Source: Dicyema japonicum
Taxonomy: Eukaryota > Animalia > Dicyemida
Direction: 5' to 3'
Length of the DNA stretch: 64,000 nucleotides
NCBI GenBank assembly: GCA_011109175.1
Contig: RDEW01000013.1
Location: forward strand, 41,476-105,475
The position numbers were made by a program, and so were the translations under genes. Below the pieces are notes generated by a model, which made no database searches, was not told the DNA's origin, and was given only the letters and a program-made list of their open reading frames with translations. Below are positions 26,361 through 38,990 of the stretch, piece after piece; the first letter of the stretch is position 1, and each line of letters begins with the position of its first letter.

Positions 26361-26884
26361 ATGACTTTTTCTGAAAACTCAGTTATTGTCTTGAAGAGTA
26401 CTTCCAAAGTCAATTTGGATACAAGGTGCTAGTCATATGTTCTTATATCTTAGATTCTCCCAACTAATGAAGTCTGGAGGGAGACTCGGAGTTAACCGCG
26501 TAACCTCTCAGAAAAATCAACGATTAATCAAGGAATTCGAGCATGCTAACAATTCCGTGCAAGTTAAGCCGTCATTCGGACCAAAGCCTCATCAGGAGGC
26601 GTCCTTTGCTCCAAAGCCTTCAATCAAAATGAGATTGGGCTCTAATGTCATGAACAGACTCGGATGGAATAGCAATCGTTCTCAGAAAATTCAAAACTTT
26701 GGTCCCCAGTCAAGGAGATTGGGAAGAAACGCCCCAAAAACTTTCAACAGAGTCATGCAGAGACCCTTTAACAAGGCTCGTTTGCAACCAAAAGTACAAC
26801 CATTTTTATTACTTGTAGAAGAAGACTGTGGAAGAGCTTGACCGACAACTTGATTTGTATATGAAAGGATCCCTGGCTAGTTAG
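26361..26884 (+). CDS. CHTOP: Chromatin target of PRMT1 (FOP) homolog, 3 exons
   Basis: Introns 26426-26453 and 26794-26818. Spliced: VIVLKSTSKVNLDTRFSQLMK..SQKNQRL..IKMRLGSNVMNRLG..TVEELDRQLDLYM*. Confidence 0.8.
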
Positions 26885-29030
26885 TATTTGAATTTTCTTT
26901 GGCTGTTTGTTTTTAATATTTGTTGCTTATTAAGTGAGAATTTGTGTTTTTGTGTGTAAATTGTTTATCAGGAAGTATCTTGTTTCCATGGTTACTAAAA
27001 TAAGAAAACATGAGGATCTGTTTTTAGTGAAATATGACTTTTATAAGATGTGGTTTGAGGACTGGTGTAGTCACGTGTCCTCGAACTTATTAGATGAATT
27101 TCCATTGTTACTTCCGCAGTTCGTTCCGTGTGTAACAAAGCGGAGCATGACTTCCCTTGTCGACCTGTTTTAAGCCATTCCGGTACGTGAAGTGTGCTGT
27201 TTACTTTTTCACATATGCTCTGGAAATTTCTAATTGTGAATAAACTCTGAGTTATTGCCAGGGACGTGCTGGTTATCTCTGTGTTCTGACAGTAGTCGCG
27301 CGGATAGTATACCGGTCAAGGAGTCTTATTTAACTCTCTGAAGCAGAAACTCCCGATGACGTTGGCGGTGGACAGAGTCGACATTTTGCATCCACAACTA
27401 ACGGTTTCCCCTCCTCGAACAGAAAGATTGTTACTCCCTTCTCCAGACCAACGGGCTACAGTAGGAAGTTTATTGGTAGACTCCTGCGCGCGTTTCACTC
27501 ATCATTCAAGTTAGTGAGCCGCACGTATAATTTAAACTCAAAATTGTTATTCACCACAATGAAGGTTCACTTACTGATTAAGCTATTTCCTCTAACATTT
27601 ATGTTGATAACCATTTTAAAGTGTTACATTACCAGTCGATCGCTATGTGTCGTTATGTCATCACATGAAATTGTGGAATTCTCCGATCAACATTTAAGGT
27701 GAATTCCTGACAAAACTCATTAATAATCTTTTTTCTGGGATCAATGCTTTAGAATTGTTGCTCCCAAAAAACCACCAAAGTGGTAGTCACTCGCGTAAAG
27801 TATAAGAAGAGCCCATCTCTAGGCGATTCTGATTTAAGGCGTTTATTTTGACCAAGGCCTCAATAAAAACCGCTTGGCACGAATGCACAAAAATTGTGGG
27901 TTTGAAAAGTATTTGTGTGTCTCCCGACAGCAACTAAATCTGAAAAAATCGATCGAGGCAATCCATCGGCATAAACACACTAATGGACTGTGACATGATA
28001 AAGACTATGATAACGATTAATTTAAGTGAGTAAACATCAAACGACATAGCTTGACGATAATTAATAATATTACAGGCATAGAGTAACATTGCCAGTCGTC
28101 CATCAAGTCTGTGGTTCTCCATAAATTCATGTCAGCAAAGTCTGCATAAGGAAAAAGTCTATTATCTATTTTAGTGAATTTATTCATTTTAAAATTTAAC
28201 AATATGAGAGCAATGACTAGATTAACATATCCTTCTACCCCTTTCACTATATCTGACTATCTAGAAATATGGAGAATCTATGGAGAATGAGACCGTCCCC
28301 GTTTTTACCAATTCTGTTGGATCTTCGAGGACCCGAACGAGAGCCAGAACCCGGAAAACCGGGATCACTTAGTTGCTAGTTAACTTTTTCTAATCCGGTG
28401 ATCTTGGGGTAAAATAACATATCCTTCTTCTTTTACGAGTATCTTCACCATCCATCCACTTCCTCCTAAACTGTGGGTTCGCCACTTCACCAATGTAATG
28501 ATTTGCCCGATCTTCCAGTCACTTCGATGGTTAGGTATTTTAGAAATCTTTGCCCTGTGGAGAGATTCTCCAAGAATATCTTATTTGTGCAGCTTCTCCA
28601 CTTCCACCTCTTTAACATTACTTGAACGTGGTTGCCGCTTCAATAAGGGTTATTTCACTCTGTTTTATAAACAAAAATATCTGGTTTGTCATCTACTCAT
28701 GTGAATTAAAATTTTTGATGGGGGATGAAATTTCAAAATGTGGGAAAACCAGGTTGAGAACCACTGAAATAGAGTTATATTTCCACACGTGCGGCACCCA
28801 AAACGATTATTTTTTGCATAAAAAACTGAGATATAAGGGTCTCGTGAAGGTGCGATCAAAACAAGCAAATTTATTAAATATATATGAAACACAAATAGTC
28901 ACTTTGACTTCTTCAAAGGTACAATGGGATTCGCAGCCTCGTCGGGGGAACAGTAAGACCGAACAACATCATAAAAGTTATAGTCATCATCTACGCTTAA
29001 AACGGGGGAAAACCAATGCTGTTGTGAATA

Positions 29031-30572
29031 TTAGTCATAATCTGTTTGCATCCAAGACCAACTGACCGTACTCCATATTGGTTCCTGAAGAGGGACACGT
29101 CGTAAAAAGTAGTTGCATCCTTGTCACTGTAAGCACGTGTTTTTATCATCGATTTTAAGGTTTTAATTTCCCTGCCCAGGAGCTTCTCCTCTAATTTAAC
29201 TCATCAAGCAAACCGGAGGGGTGGTCAAGGCCAATGACGGAGTTCAGCGTTTTAAACCACTTCTGATTGAGCCTTTGGGAGACGACTTGGAAGCTAATTT
29301 CCCCAATTCTTGTATTATGGATAGTAAACGTCCTCGACTTCTCAGTGGAGACAATCCAGTCACCACGCACAGCCAAATACGCCTAAAATACCGACAAACA
29401 CTAACATTAATGGCATAGTTGTCCTTCGTATGGTCCTCGTCCAGAATGAAGAGGGAGTTCGAAAATAGCACTAGGATGCAGCAGGAAGTTGGGAGGTTCA
29501 TCTTTCTGCTCGTTGATACTCTTAATTATCATTTTTGAGGCGATTTTGAAGTCCCCGTATTCCCTAATGATTTCCTAGAGTAAGGCAACAAGCTACATTT
29601 ATGGTAATTTTAGGATCCCTCGAAAACGGAGGAACCAGAAGCAGGCATTGGGCCAACTCTTGAGACCGACGTTCCTCCGTGTGGTCCTCCCAGAGTTTCA
29701 GGGAGTAGTCCAGCATGACTTTGACCCAATTCTTGGCCTCCACCTACAAAATTACATACAAAATCACCGTCAATTTAGCAGCATTTGAGGAATATTGGAA
29801 TTCTGATAATATTGATATTATCTTCCCCAAATATTGAACAGGGCCGTCCAAATAGCTGAGAATCTTGGAGAGGGAGAAGGTTACGTCATCAGCTTGTAAC
29901 AGAAGCGTAATCTCACTCCTTCAGATTATGCAACAACTCACCGAGAGTCTCTCAGAAAGCTGAGGACCCGCGGATGTAAGATCGAAAATGTCCTGAAGAG
30001 TCGTTTGGCGGCTGAAAAATTCTTGCTGAAGTGCAGAATAAAGTCCGACTCGTCGAGGCTATCACGGAAACTGGGATCACTCGAGGACTCACCCCAGTTT
30101 GTCGATTGAAGTTACGTAGTGGATGATCACGTCTACCATTTCCGAGATTGCAGTCGAAGGCCTGAACTAAAGAACTCGAAAAAACAGAGATTCTGATATT
30201 CTATCAAGGTAATTATCTCTCAGGGTGTTCAGGGCAGCATAGAGGTCCCGCTCAGCCTCCTCGAGTCTCTCAACAACCTGAATACTTTCAAACCGAAAAT
30301 ACTTTAATTTCCGATAATTTTGAGGAATCCAAATCTACTTTGAAAAATTACACAAGACCCTGGCAATTTATTGACTCAGTGAAGCTTTCAGGGAACCAGC
30401 CTGTACAGTTGTCCTTCTCCCCAAAGAGCCATCCCCCAATGGACTCTGGATTATCGATTACTTTGACCAGATCTCCCTTGTTGAGGCTCAACTAACAAGA
30501 AAAGTCGAAAATGGGCACCTCGTCTTTATATTGAACGTTGAAGTCATAAAGCACACGCAAAATTCGACTCAT
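29031..30572 (-). CDS. ARHGEF7: beta-PIX/ARHGEF7-like Rho GEF (SH3-DH-PH)
   Basis: Spliced: RVLYDFNVQYKDELSLNKGD..GGWLFGE..GWFPESF (SH3); VVERLEEAERDLYAALNTLRDNYL..HPRVLSFL..GPVQYL (DH); ILVLFSNSLFIL (PH). Introns of 21-27 nt; one 1-nt slip near 29490. Confidence 0.75.
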
Positions 30573-30667
30573 CAACAACAAAATTACAATTTGTAAAAAT
30601 TAAAAGTAAAATTTAAAAACGTTTTGTTTAAAATAAATAAAATTTTATGATTTAAATTCAAATTTAG

Positions 30668-31475
30668 ATGGCACTCATGTGGGATATAAGTCCATGCGGT
30701 TTTTTGCGCTCTGTTATCTTTTTAATAATCGCTAAAAACTAAATTCGATTAAAAACAGCATAATGAAGCGATTTGGTGGTGGGTTAATAATTAACTCTTT
30801 AGAATCGACAAAAGTAAATTTGCATTTCGGGTAAGATATTTGATGACTTTCAGAAAACACGCCGAAATCTGCCAGAATACTGCTTTGATGGAAATACTGA
30901 AAAGGTTAAGGTTGATGTCGTTGAGACTTTCAGGAGAAGATCATTAAACTAACACTGGAGAATGAAGACTTCAAGAAGCAAATAAAAGACACCGTATTAG
31001 AAAGAATCACGTGTAGAACCAATACAACGAAATTATGAACACAAACATCCAGCATTTGAACGAAAAACTGGCAGATTCACTCACTTGTTTAGCCGAAAAG
31101 GTAATGTTTGGGGGAACCTGAACCAGGAAGAAATCATAAAGGAGTTGACCTTCAAGAAAATGAAAAAATCGAAAGCATTGAATTTTTCTGTGATGAACAT
31201 TTCACGCAAAATAGTTTGCGGAATTTCTCATTAAAGAGTGAAGATTACGAAAGCAAGAATTCAAAGATTCGAACTGAACTCGGAGATTCCGGGAAAATGT
31301 ACTTGTTTTGTTGATTTGAAGAGAAGAGGAGTCGAATATTCAAAAGCTGTGTGATAGACTGAATCAAATGGAATTGACAATCTCAAGTTTGGAGCTCGAA
31401 CTGGCGACTTTGCTTAACCACAAAGAACGGCTCGAAAAGTCAATTTTTGAGTGGGAAAATAAAATGATTGATTAG
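30668..31475 (+). CDS. Unidentified coiled-coil protein gene, divergent from the GEF
   Basis: Heptad-like segments (IQKLCDRLNQMELTISSLELELATLLNHKERLEKSI) separated by plausible 23-26 nt GT-AG introns; start uncertain. Confidence 0.4.
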
Positions 31476-32199
31476 TTTGACTTGTGTGGTTGTAGTTCTT
31501 TGAGTTATGTGCCAACCTACCATTGGCTCTTACATTGGTCTTCGAGTGGTGCTAAGTCACTCACATAAATCCTTTGCAAGGGATTTGAGTGAGCCCGGTT
31601 ATCACGACTGAGTGGTTGAAGACTCCCGCTTCATACATATCAGTGAAGTTGGGTGGTAATTAACTATCTTGGGAATATGAACCAATTGACTCATTCGTAG
31701 GTTGTTGATTGATCATCCTGTACATCTATGACCTGCAAGTAAGCAGACCGTTTAATTATACTGGAAAAAAGCAAGTCGACAGTTAATTGGATGAACAAGA
31801 AGGGGGCTGAGAGTTATTGTCTCGGTGAGTCATAGCTTTTTCCTATGATTGGTCTTGGATTCTGAATTAATCTCCATAAAGAGATGATGTCATCTCATAT
31901 CTTGGTAAGACTTCCTATAGTCTGGCTTCTGCCTCAAGAAGATTTATCTGTTTTGGTGGCGCTCAATTCAAGTTCTGCATGAAAAAGAACTGTTCGACAT
32001 TCCCCACCTCTCTACGACCTTCATAAGGGTGGCCTATCAATTTCCCCGTTTTTTCCTTGCTACTTTTTGGTGGGAATATAGAGACTAATCCGAGTTCCGC
32101 CACTACACTGATTATTATACAATTAAATGGAATCCACAATAAAGTCTTGGAATAAGTCTGACTTCGATTTTTGAAAGTGGTCATTGCCCTCATTCAAGA

Positions 32200-33140
32200 A
32201 TCGAAGCTCTCTAGAACAGGCATGTCACACTCAAAAGGCTCCAATGACCGCTTAAGATAATTTGAGTATACAAGCAGGCAGCACTACCAAATATGAAAAA
32301 CTTTAGTCTTGTTTTGTCCTGAGGTGCCTCTTTTTCATGACAATTTTTCGTATATCTGCACTTTCGACAATGATCAGTGATGGAAAGTGTTCATCAGTTA
32401 TCCGTGTTCTTTGGGAAGATTTTGTTAATTTCATCGAAGAAAAAACTGTTCATACGCATATGGATCCGAAATGCCATAATCCTCGTTGAAAAACTTTTTG
32501 AAGTTTTTAAACTTTTCAGGAAGGTATGAATAAAAGCCAGGTATCCCATCCCCACTTCGAACTATTTTGCTCTGAATGTAGAATCAGACTTCATTTTTTA
32601 TAGTTATCTTCAAGTTTCTATCTGTTTTGACAACATCAGAGTGAACGGTGTCGAGAAATAATGAAAATTTGCACTTAAATGGTGAGAAATCACTAAATCT
32701 TTCCTGTAGCTCTATTGGCAATAACTCAAGGGAGTATTTAGCAAATGTAAGAACATATTCAGAATTGCCATAGGTTTTCATTGCATTGCATGACACCATA
32801 TTCCATTGTCTCTTAAAAATTTGTAGCTCACAATTTTTTGTGATCATTTTTCAGATTTTATCCATTCAAACAGTTTTTTTCAATTTCATGAAAAAACGCT
32901 TTTCTTCCAAAAGTTCCTAATTTACATGAAACGGTTTTTTTGACGAATTTGACAAATTTGTATTATTTTCCCATCTTCTTAGACACTTACGGTCTACATC
33001 AAGTTGTCTAGATGCTTTTGCAATGTTTCCACTTCACTCTGACAATTTTTTTAATGCGGAAAGTTTTTCTTCGATTGTATAAGACTTCCTTTTTTGCCAT
33101 TCAACAGTTTGTAACTTAAGGTTCGTTCACTTGATATGTT
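32200..33140 (-). mobile_element. Decayed pogo-like transposase
   Basis: HTH-like YTIEEKLSALKKL..ASRQLDVDRKCLR, then a fragmented body (ORF 32584-32847). Confidence 0.55.
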
Positions 33141-35513
33141 CATGTTAGATTAATTACATTAAAATTATTCAAAGACCAAGGGTAACCAAAGAAACTAACT
33201 CCTTGATGGTCCTATTTCGGAAAGGCCTATTATCGGAAAACCTCTGTACAATTTGTTCTACCGCGCGTCCATGGTTGCGAGATAGGGAGTTTGCAATTCT
33301 TTTCCAACACTTCAAGTGAGCGATGCCACCACATAGGCGAGTCACACGGAATGCAAAAACTCCAAAACTAACCGCAGGAAAAGGACTGGAATGGACACTT
33401 AATTAGATCTGGATTTGTTACAAAACAGATCTCTCAGAATCTTATTGAGATCATCGAAACCAATCATGGAATACCTTACGGAACGCCGTTGTGACTTTCT
33501 CAAGATGGCAAAGTCTCCGACCATCTCCCCAGGCCAGACATCAACTATATATAGACGCCTGCCGAGACATGAGATGAAACCTTCCCCGTTGTGGAGATTA
33601 ATCCAGAACTCCAAAACTAACCGCAAGAAAAGACTGGTATGGACACAAGTTAAAAACGTTCGTAATCTGAAGCCAATTTCCACGGGTAATCTTCCTGAAT
33701 CTGGATTTAGCAGACTCAACGACTTCCACAGCCCGTTTCCTGTCTACATTTTGAACTTTGTCGACTAGCTATTCCAGAGAGAGAAGATGATTTTTAAGGT
33801 CAGTATCTTTAAGGTAGGTAATATTGGTAACCCCCAGAGGGCACCTAATGTTCCTACATACAAGAACTATTAAACATTTACCTTCGAGGATATTGTCTTC
33901 CCGGCGGAACCCCTTAAAATTGTAAATTTAAATGAGTTCATTAAATTTGGAAAAAATGTCTGCTGAATAAAAAATATCATATTTAGCCGATTCTAGTATC
34001 TGTCAGTTTATCGTTCAACGATTAGAGAATCTCTACTAGACTGGTGAAGAGAGAGAATATCCGCACCAGACAGTCCCCCTTTAATGTCAATTAAGTGTGC
34101 ATAAACAGTCGTACGAAATCTTCATTATTAACATACGGCTGTCGAAAAGACTATTTGATTTTGTTTACAGACAAAATAACTGTAGTGAGAGAGTCATGTA
34201 GAAGACCTTTTGTAAATTTAGCTAACAGATGCTGTCGATTAACCAACCAATGACTTAGCATAACATCAAGTCCCTATTGTATAAACTAAGAAATAAAACA
34301 GCGATAAAACCAACCATGAAGGTCCCCCCCCATCGGTTAGGCATGCAACTATATTTTAATTATAATAGCTTTAAGACAAGGAAATTGATTCAAATTTAAA
34401 CATTAATATTTACGTTGTATCGGTTTCCAGGTCAAAAGCAATTCCTAATCTGCTTTTGAAAAAAATTAAATACGAGTATATACTCATCTTGTTTGGCACT
34501 AAATTTCGTATTTTTCAAAATTGAACGTTGATTATTTTCCATATCCAATGTCATATGGATTCACCACCAATCGGAAGGCTTCATATCTCAAAAACGCCCA
34601 CCTGAAATTTCACATCCCCCACAAGGGAAACCCTGGCTCAGAAGTTCATACACAAAGTAATCTTCAATTGTCGGGGAATCACAATGATTTTTAACTTAAT
34701 TCAAAAATTGGAAATTTAATCTTCACCAACGACAGAATTACACCAAGGAAGTACGATAATTATATATTTAGAATATTTGAAGCAAAATAGGACATCACCT
34801 CTTATCTAAATCAACTATTTCGCATGTTGACTCACGGATCCATGAAGAACTCTTATACACGTGGTCCCAATATTATTCCTGGTATTCTGGTAAAGAATCT
34901 TGGAGATATTGCAATCAGATCGATTACTTTCAATTTTTAGTTTCTCCTTAAACACGATCACTATTCCTAACAAATGGAAGAACTCCCATATCATAGCCGT
35001 CTTAAAACTTGGAAAACCAGAAGCCTCAGCTTCATCTAACCGCCCGATATCCCTGACGGAAATACTCGTGCATTGAAAATTAAACCCCATTTAGCCTCTT
35101 GCACTACCAATTAGGAGTTAGATTTTTTTGTATTGATGGAAAAATCTTCATATATCATTTTTACCACGACCGGAGACAAAAGGATGCACAAGAAAATCCA
35201 TGCAGAGACATCCAAGAATACTGGGAGTGACCTTTGACCCCTTGCTCCCTTTTCCCCAACATATGAAGAGCGAAAATGCTCCGGTTAACTATTTTCTATG
35301 CCAACTAGTCCCTTCATTACTTGACCACAATGGGCTTCTATCAATCAGCGTTAAAAGCGCCAAAACACGTGAATTGTGATATTTTGGATGAGCACAGCAA
35401 AATTCTCTCGATTTTGTTGAGGTCTAGATGGTTACAGTCCTTCTTTCTTGGTATTAGCTTTTTATGGGTTAGTTAATAATAATTTAGAACAAAGTATATA
35501 ATCTAAATACTAT

Positions 35514-36280
35514 TCAGCTATTATCTGAATCACTGGATGTCACCTTCCTCATCTTAGATGAGCTAAATAATAACTCATCCTCACTATCCTCATCCTCACT
35601 ATCCTCATCCGAGTCAGTCGTCTCTTCTATTCTCGCATCTAATGAAATATCCTTGTAACTACTGCTTAATCCATTCGAAATTTGATTAGAATCTTCCTTG
35701 CATTTTGTAGAGCACGAATACTTTTCATCCTCTGTTAGAAGAAATCTAGTCTCTCCACAGGAGGAGCATATAAATGATCGTGATAGAGTAGTCAGTTCTT
35801 TTGTTTTTTTTCGACTAGAATCAATCATATCAGAGCAATATCTGTCATATTCGGTAAAAGAGTAAATAATTCCTAACAACACTGTGGATACTAAAACATC
35901 ATATAAATATCAACTTGACCAAGCTGGTTGCCAAAAGTCATATACGAGCGAAGAGGGAAAAATTGTTTTCTCTTCATTGAGGCAATAAAATCCATTTTTT
36001 TCTGAATTGGGTCATAAAATTACAGTAAAAAAACTGAACTCTGGAGGCTTCATCGGGTAATCATGAGAAAAATATAATTTTCCATGATAGATTCCACCTT
36101 GGAAGTCAGTGTATTGTGGTCCACGAATAGTAAAGTGCCACTCGAACAGATTACCTTCACAAGGCTGAGCGTAGTACAGCTCTGTTGGTTGACTTAACTC
36201 TTGTGCTTCATCTAAAAGGCGGCGTATGGCTATTAATAAATATATATGACACCTAAATTTTTGCTATCTTTATAGTTCAT
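35514..36280 (-). CDS. UBE2J1: UBE2J1/Ubc6-like E2 protein lacking the catalytic Cys (paralog 2), 4 exons
   Basis: Same intron positions as paralog 1 (23, 22, 24 nt). Spliced: AIRRLLDEAQEL..AQPCEGNLFEWHFTIRGP..FQGGIYHG..DYPMKPP..NGFYCLNEEKTIF..WQPAWS..SRSFICSSCG. Confidence 0.85.
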
Positions 36281-36689
36281 TTATTATGTTAATTTATTTA
36301 ATTTATTAACTTAATATTTTATTAAAATCATTTTTAATATTTTATTATTGAAAAAATTTATCAAATTTATAAACGAAGTTTAATCGCACTAAAATGGCCT
36401 GAAGATGTCTCTTTACAAAATGCTGTCAACAACCTTGAACAGTATGATGAATGCCCAAACATTTTCATTTATAAAAACTGGAATTCGAAATTGATAAGAT
36501 GGAATGAAGATGAAACGTTCATTGGAAAGCATGAAGAGGTATAGAAACACCAACAGAATAGCCTTGGCAGAATTACGTCTGGTGAGTGTGTCTTTTTGTG
36601 TAATCCTTCTTTTGTACACCATCCATAACATGTGAACTTGTAAAAAATATGGGGCCAAGATACGGCTTCATTTTGTTACCAAATCGACT

Positions 36690-37660
36690 ATGTTTTGTGC
36701 AAACAAAAGTATAAAGGCGCTATGCTTTTGATTGACCAAAAAGCTCTCTTTGTTAGTTCAAGCATAACAGACACAAGTATCCATGTGCACCATGCGGACA
36801 GCTCCATTGATTTGACTTTGAAGCCAGAATCAACCTTCCTATAGTTATGGAATGTTTTCGTTTCAGTCTGCAATGTCAGGCATCTAAGAAATCTTCTTGA
36901 CATAAGAAGGATTATGGTCGCTGGAAAATCCATAATCCACATCCCCCTTATAAGTCCTGCTAAAGAGGGTGAACATAAGGTTAAATCGGGAGAAGTGCAG
37001 CTATCAGTGCTCCTTAATGGGGTTCTTGTGTGTAATTTAAGGTCATTGAGGATAATCATATCAATAAGTCCATTTTCTACAAACTCGCCTTGGCTGTCAG
37101 AAGACTGTGAAGCAAGCAAATGGGGTGTCGGGCATTTAGGTCGCCGCATATTAGAACGTTCTTTAGTACTGAGTGGCAAGGTAGGTTTGGTGTGTAGGAT
37201 TTTGTGCAGGATCCTTTTGGAAGAATGTATAGGCTGATCAAATTAAACCAGAGACGGAAACAGTTCCATTTTGATGGTAATCTGCTCTTTGGTATCTTCT
37301 GAGGCCAAAAGTTCTTTGGTCTGTCGACTCACGTCAATGAAGGGTATACCATTCTTTATAACTGTGAGTAGGCCTCTACCTGGTCTTCCCCGACGGTTCC
37401 TAGGGATTACTGTGTATCCGGAGAGGAAAGGTGTTTGGCGTGGAGGATGGGAGCAAGGTCAGCTCGTTTTGCGGAGAGCTCGAAATTCCAGAATCTTCCT
37501 TTCAATTCCATTTGAATTTAGTTGTAGAATTATTAAGTCTTCACGTGTTCCAGGGTTTGTTTCATTGTCGCCACGTAGGAGAATCAATAGTCCAGAACAC
37601 TGATGACACCAGACTAAGTCGGAGGCAGGTTACGGGAACTTCCAAATGGTGGGTAGAAGT
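36690..37660 (-). mobile_element. 5' part of an Ingi/Vingi-like LINE (Cys motif, 2A-like motif, APE)
   Basis: VWCHQCSGLLILLRGDNETNPGTREDLIILQLNSNGI, then APE C-terminal LNDLKLHTR..TSPDLTLCS. Confidence 0.7.
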
Positions 37661-38077
37661 TTAAGACTCTCTTCGTTTTTTTATTGAATGGTGACAGCTT
37701 TTCGGGTGAGCCAGAAGACAACGTCAAGCACATAAGATTTAAAATTTTTAAATTAAAATAATTCCAAAGACCAAGGGTAACCAAACTAAGTAATTCCATG
37801 ATTCTGACTCGTTCCAGCGTTCCAGAACTTGTCTCCAGGTAACGAAGTTGTCCCCGGGGAAAGAATAGGTGGATCCTCTTGATGCCGTTCAGCAATTGAG
37901 CGTGTCACCCAATCGAAGTAACCGACAAGGTAGTGAAGATCAAATGGTTATTTTCATCGCAGTTGACACTGAGTATCACAACAGCAGATGTAGCACAAAA
38001 ATTATAAAAAAGACCTCTAAAAAGTTTAACAAAAAAATAATAAAGATTATTAAATTGACACAACTAAAATTATTAGT

Positions 38078-38310
38078 ATCAACCCGGATTCACCGGGAAA
38101 GAAGTTAACAGTAAACAAATAATTAGAGCATCCAGTTTGGACTGTTACAGAAAAAAAGTCCTTTAACATCACACAAGTCCATACCGAAACAGCATTAAAG
38201 GTAAAAGACGAACCTTCCTCGCAGTTGTGGAAACCCCTTCAGTGAGTGGGGGAGAGAAAATGATCCTTTTTCGTGCCACCTGAGACAGGTGAATCACATG
38301 ACGCCTTTCT
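38078..38310 (-). mobile_element. Short non-autonomous head+tail retroposon (RIME/NARTc-like)
   Basis: Family 5' signature plus family-like 3' end within ~230 bp; paralogous to 50236-50470. Confidence 0.7.
38261..38305 (-). ncRNA. HDV-like fold, copy E (P4 and part of P1' deleted)
   Basis: GGCGTC ATG TGATTC ACC TGTCTCA GGT GGCAC GAAAAA GGATCA. Confidence 0.4.
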
Positions 38311-38429
38311 AGTTGAAAATAGAAGAGGAGGAACAGACAAAACAAACAATCTTAAACCAAATAGCCACATAGCACAACATGGCGCCACGGGCCGAAAAAA
38401 TCTAATATAGCAATTATTAATTTAAAATA

Positions 38430-38990
38430 ATAGTTGTTTATTACATTCATTAACAATAAAATGGAGATCGCCTTTCCAGCATATGTGTCATCGCTCTCAA
38501 GTGGAAGCCTTTTGGTCCAAGATATCCTACGTGCTCTTGAAGCTGCAGACTTTCGGCAGTACTGGAGCCCGTGGAATTGGACCGCGGAGACGGGAAAGAC
38601 CGGATGGGTTAACTATCTTTCCGTTCACTGAGGGAAAATCGCTCGTATGGGACTGCACTGTTGTGGATTCTTTCTCGAACTCGATGATACTTAGCTCAGC
38701 GATGTCTGCTCGATCGGCAGCCGATCTGGCCGAGAAAATCAAGATTAAAAAATATGGCTAAATTGGGGACCGTTTTTTTACCGGTGGCAATCGAGACGTC
38801 TGGTGCGGCCGGAAGTATTACAGCCTCTTTCCTGAAGGAAATCGGGGGGAAATTGGCCCACCGCAAGAAAGACGTGCGGTAAGCGGTCTGGCTGAGGCAT
38901 CGAATTGGGATCGCAGTTGTCCGCGGATAACGCTTACTCCCTAATGTCAGCAGCCGTCTCCCCCATAGTTAATAAATAATATTTTATCGT
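38430..38990 (+). mobile_element. 3' portion of a CRE-clade element (restriction-like endonuclease)
   Basis: RPDGLTIFPFTEGKSLVWDCTVVD..AEKIKIKKY..PVAIETSG..RIGIAVVRG. Confidence 0.85.

Noticed and set aside
27150-27510. Relatively GC-rich segment as an snRNA or other ncRNA
   Set aside because: No U1/U2/U5/U6 or Sm-site signature recognised and no repeat copy in the window.
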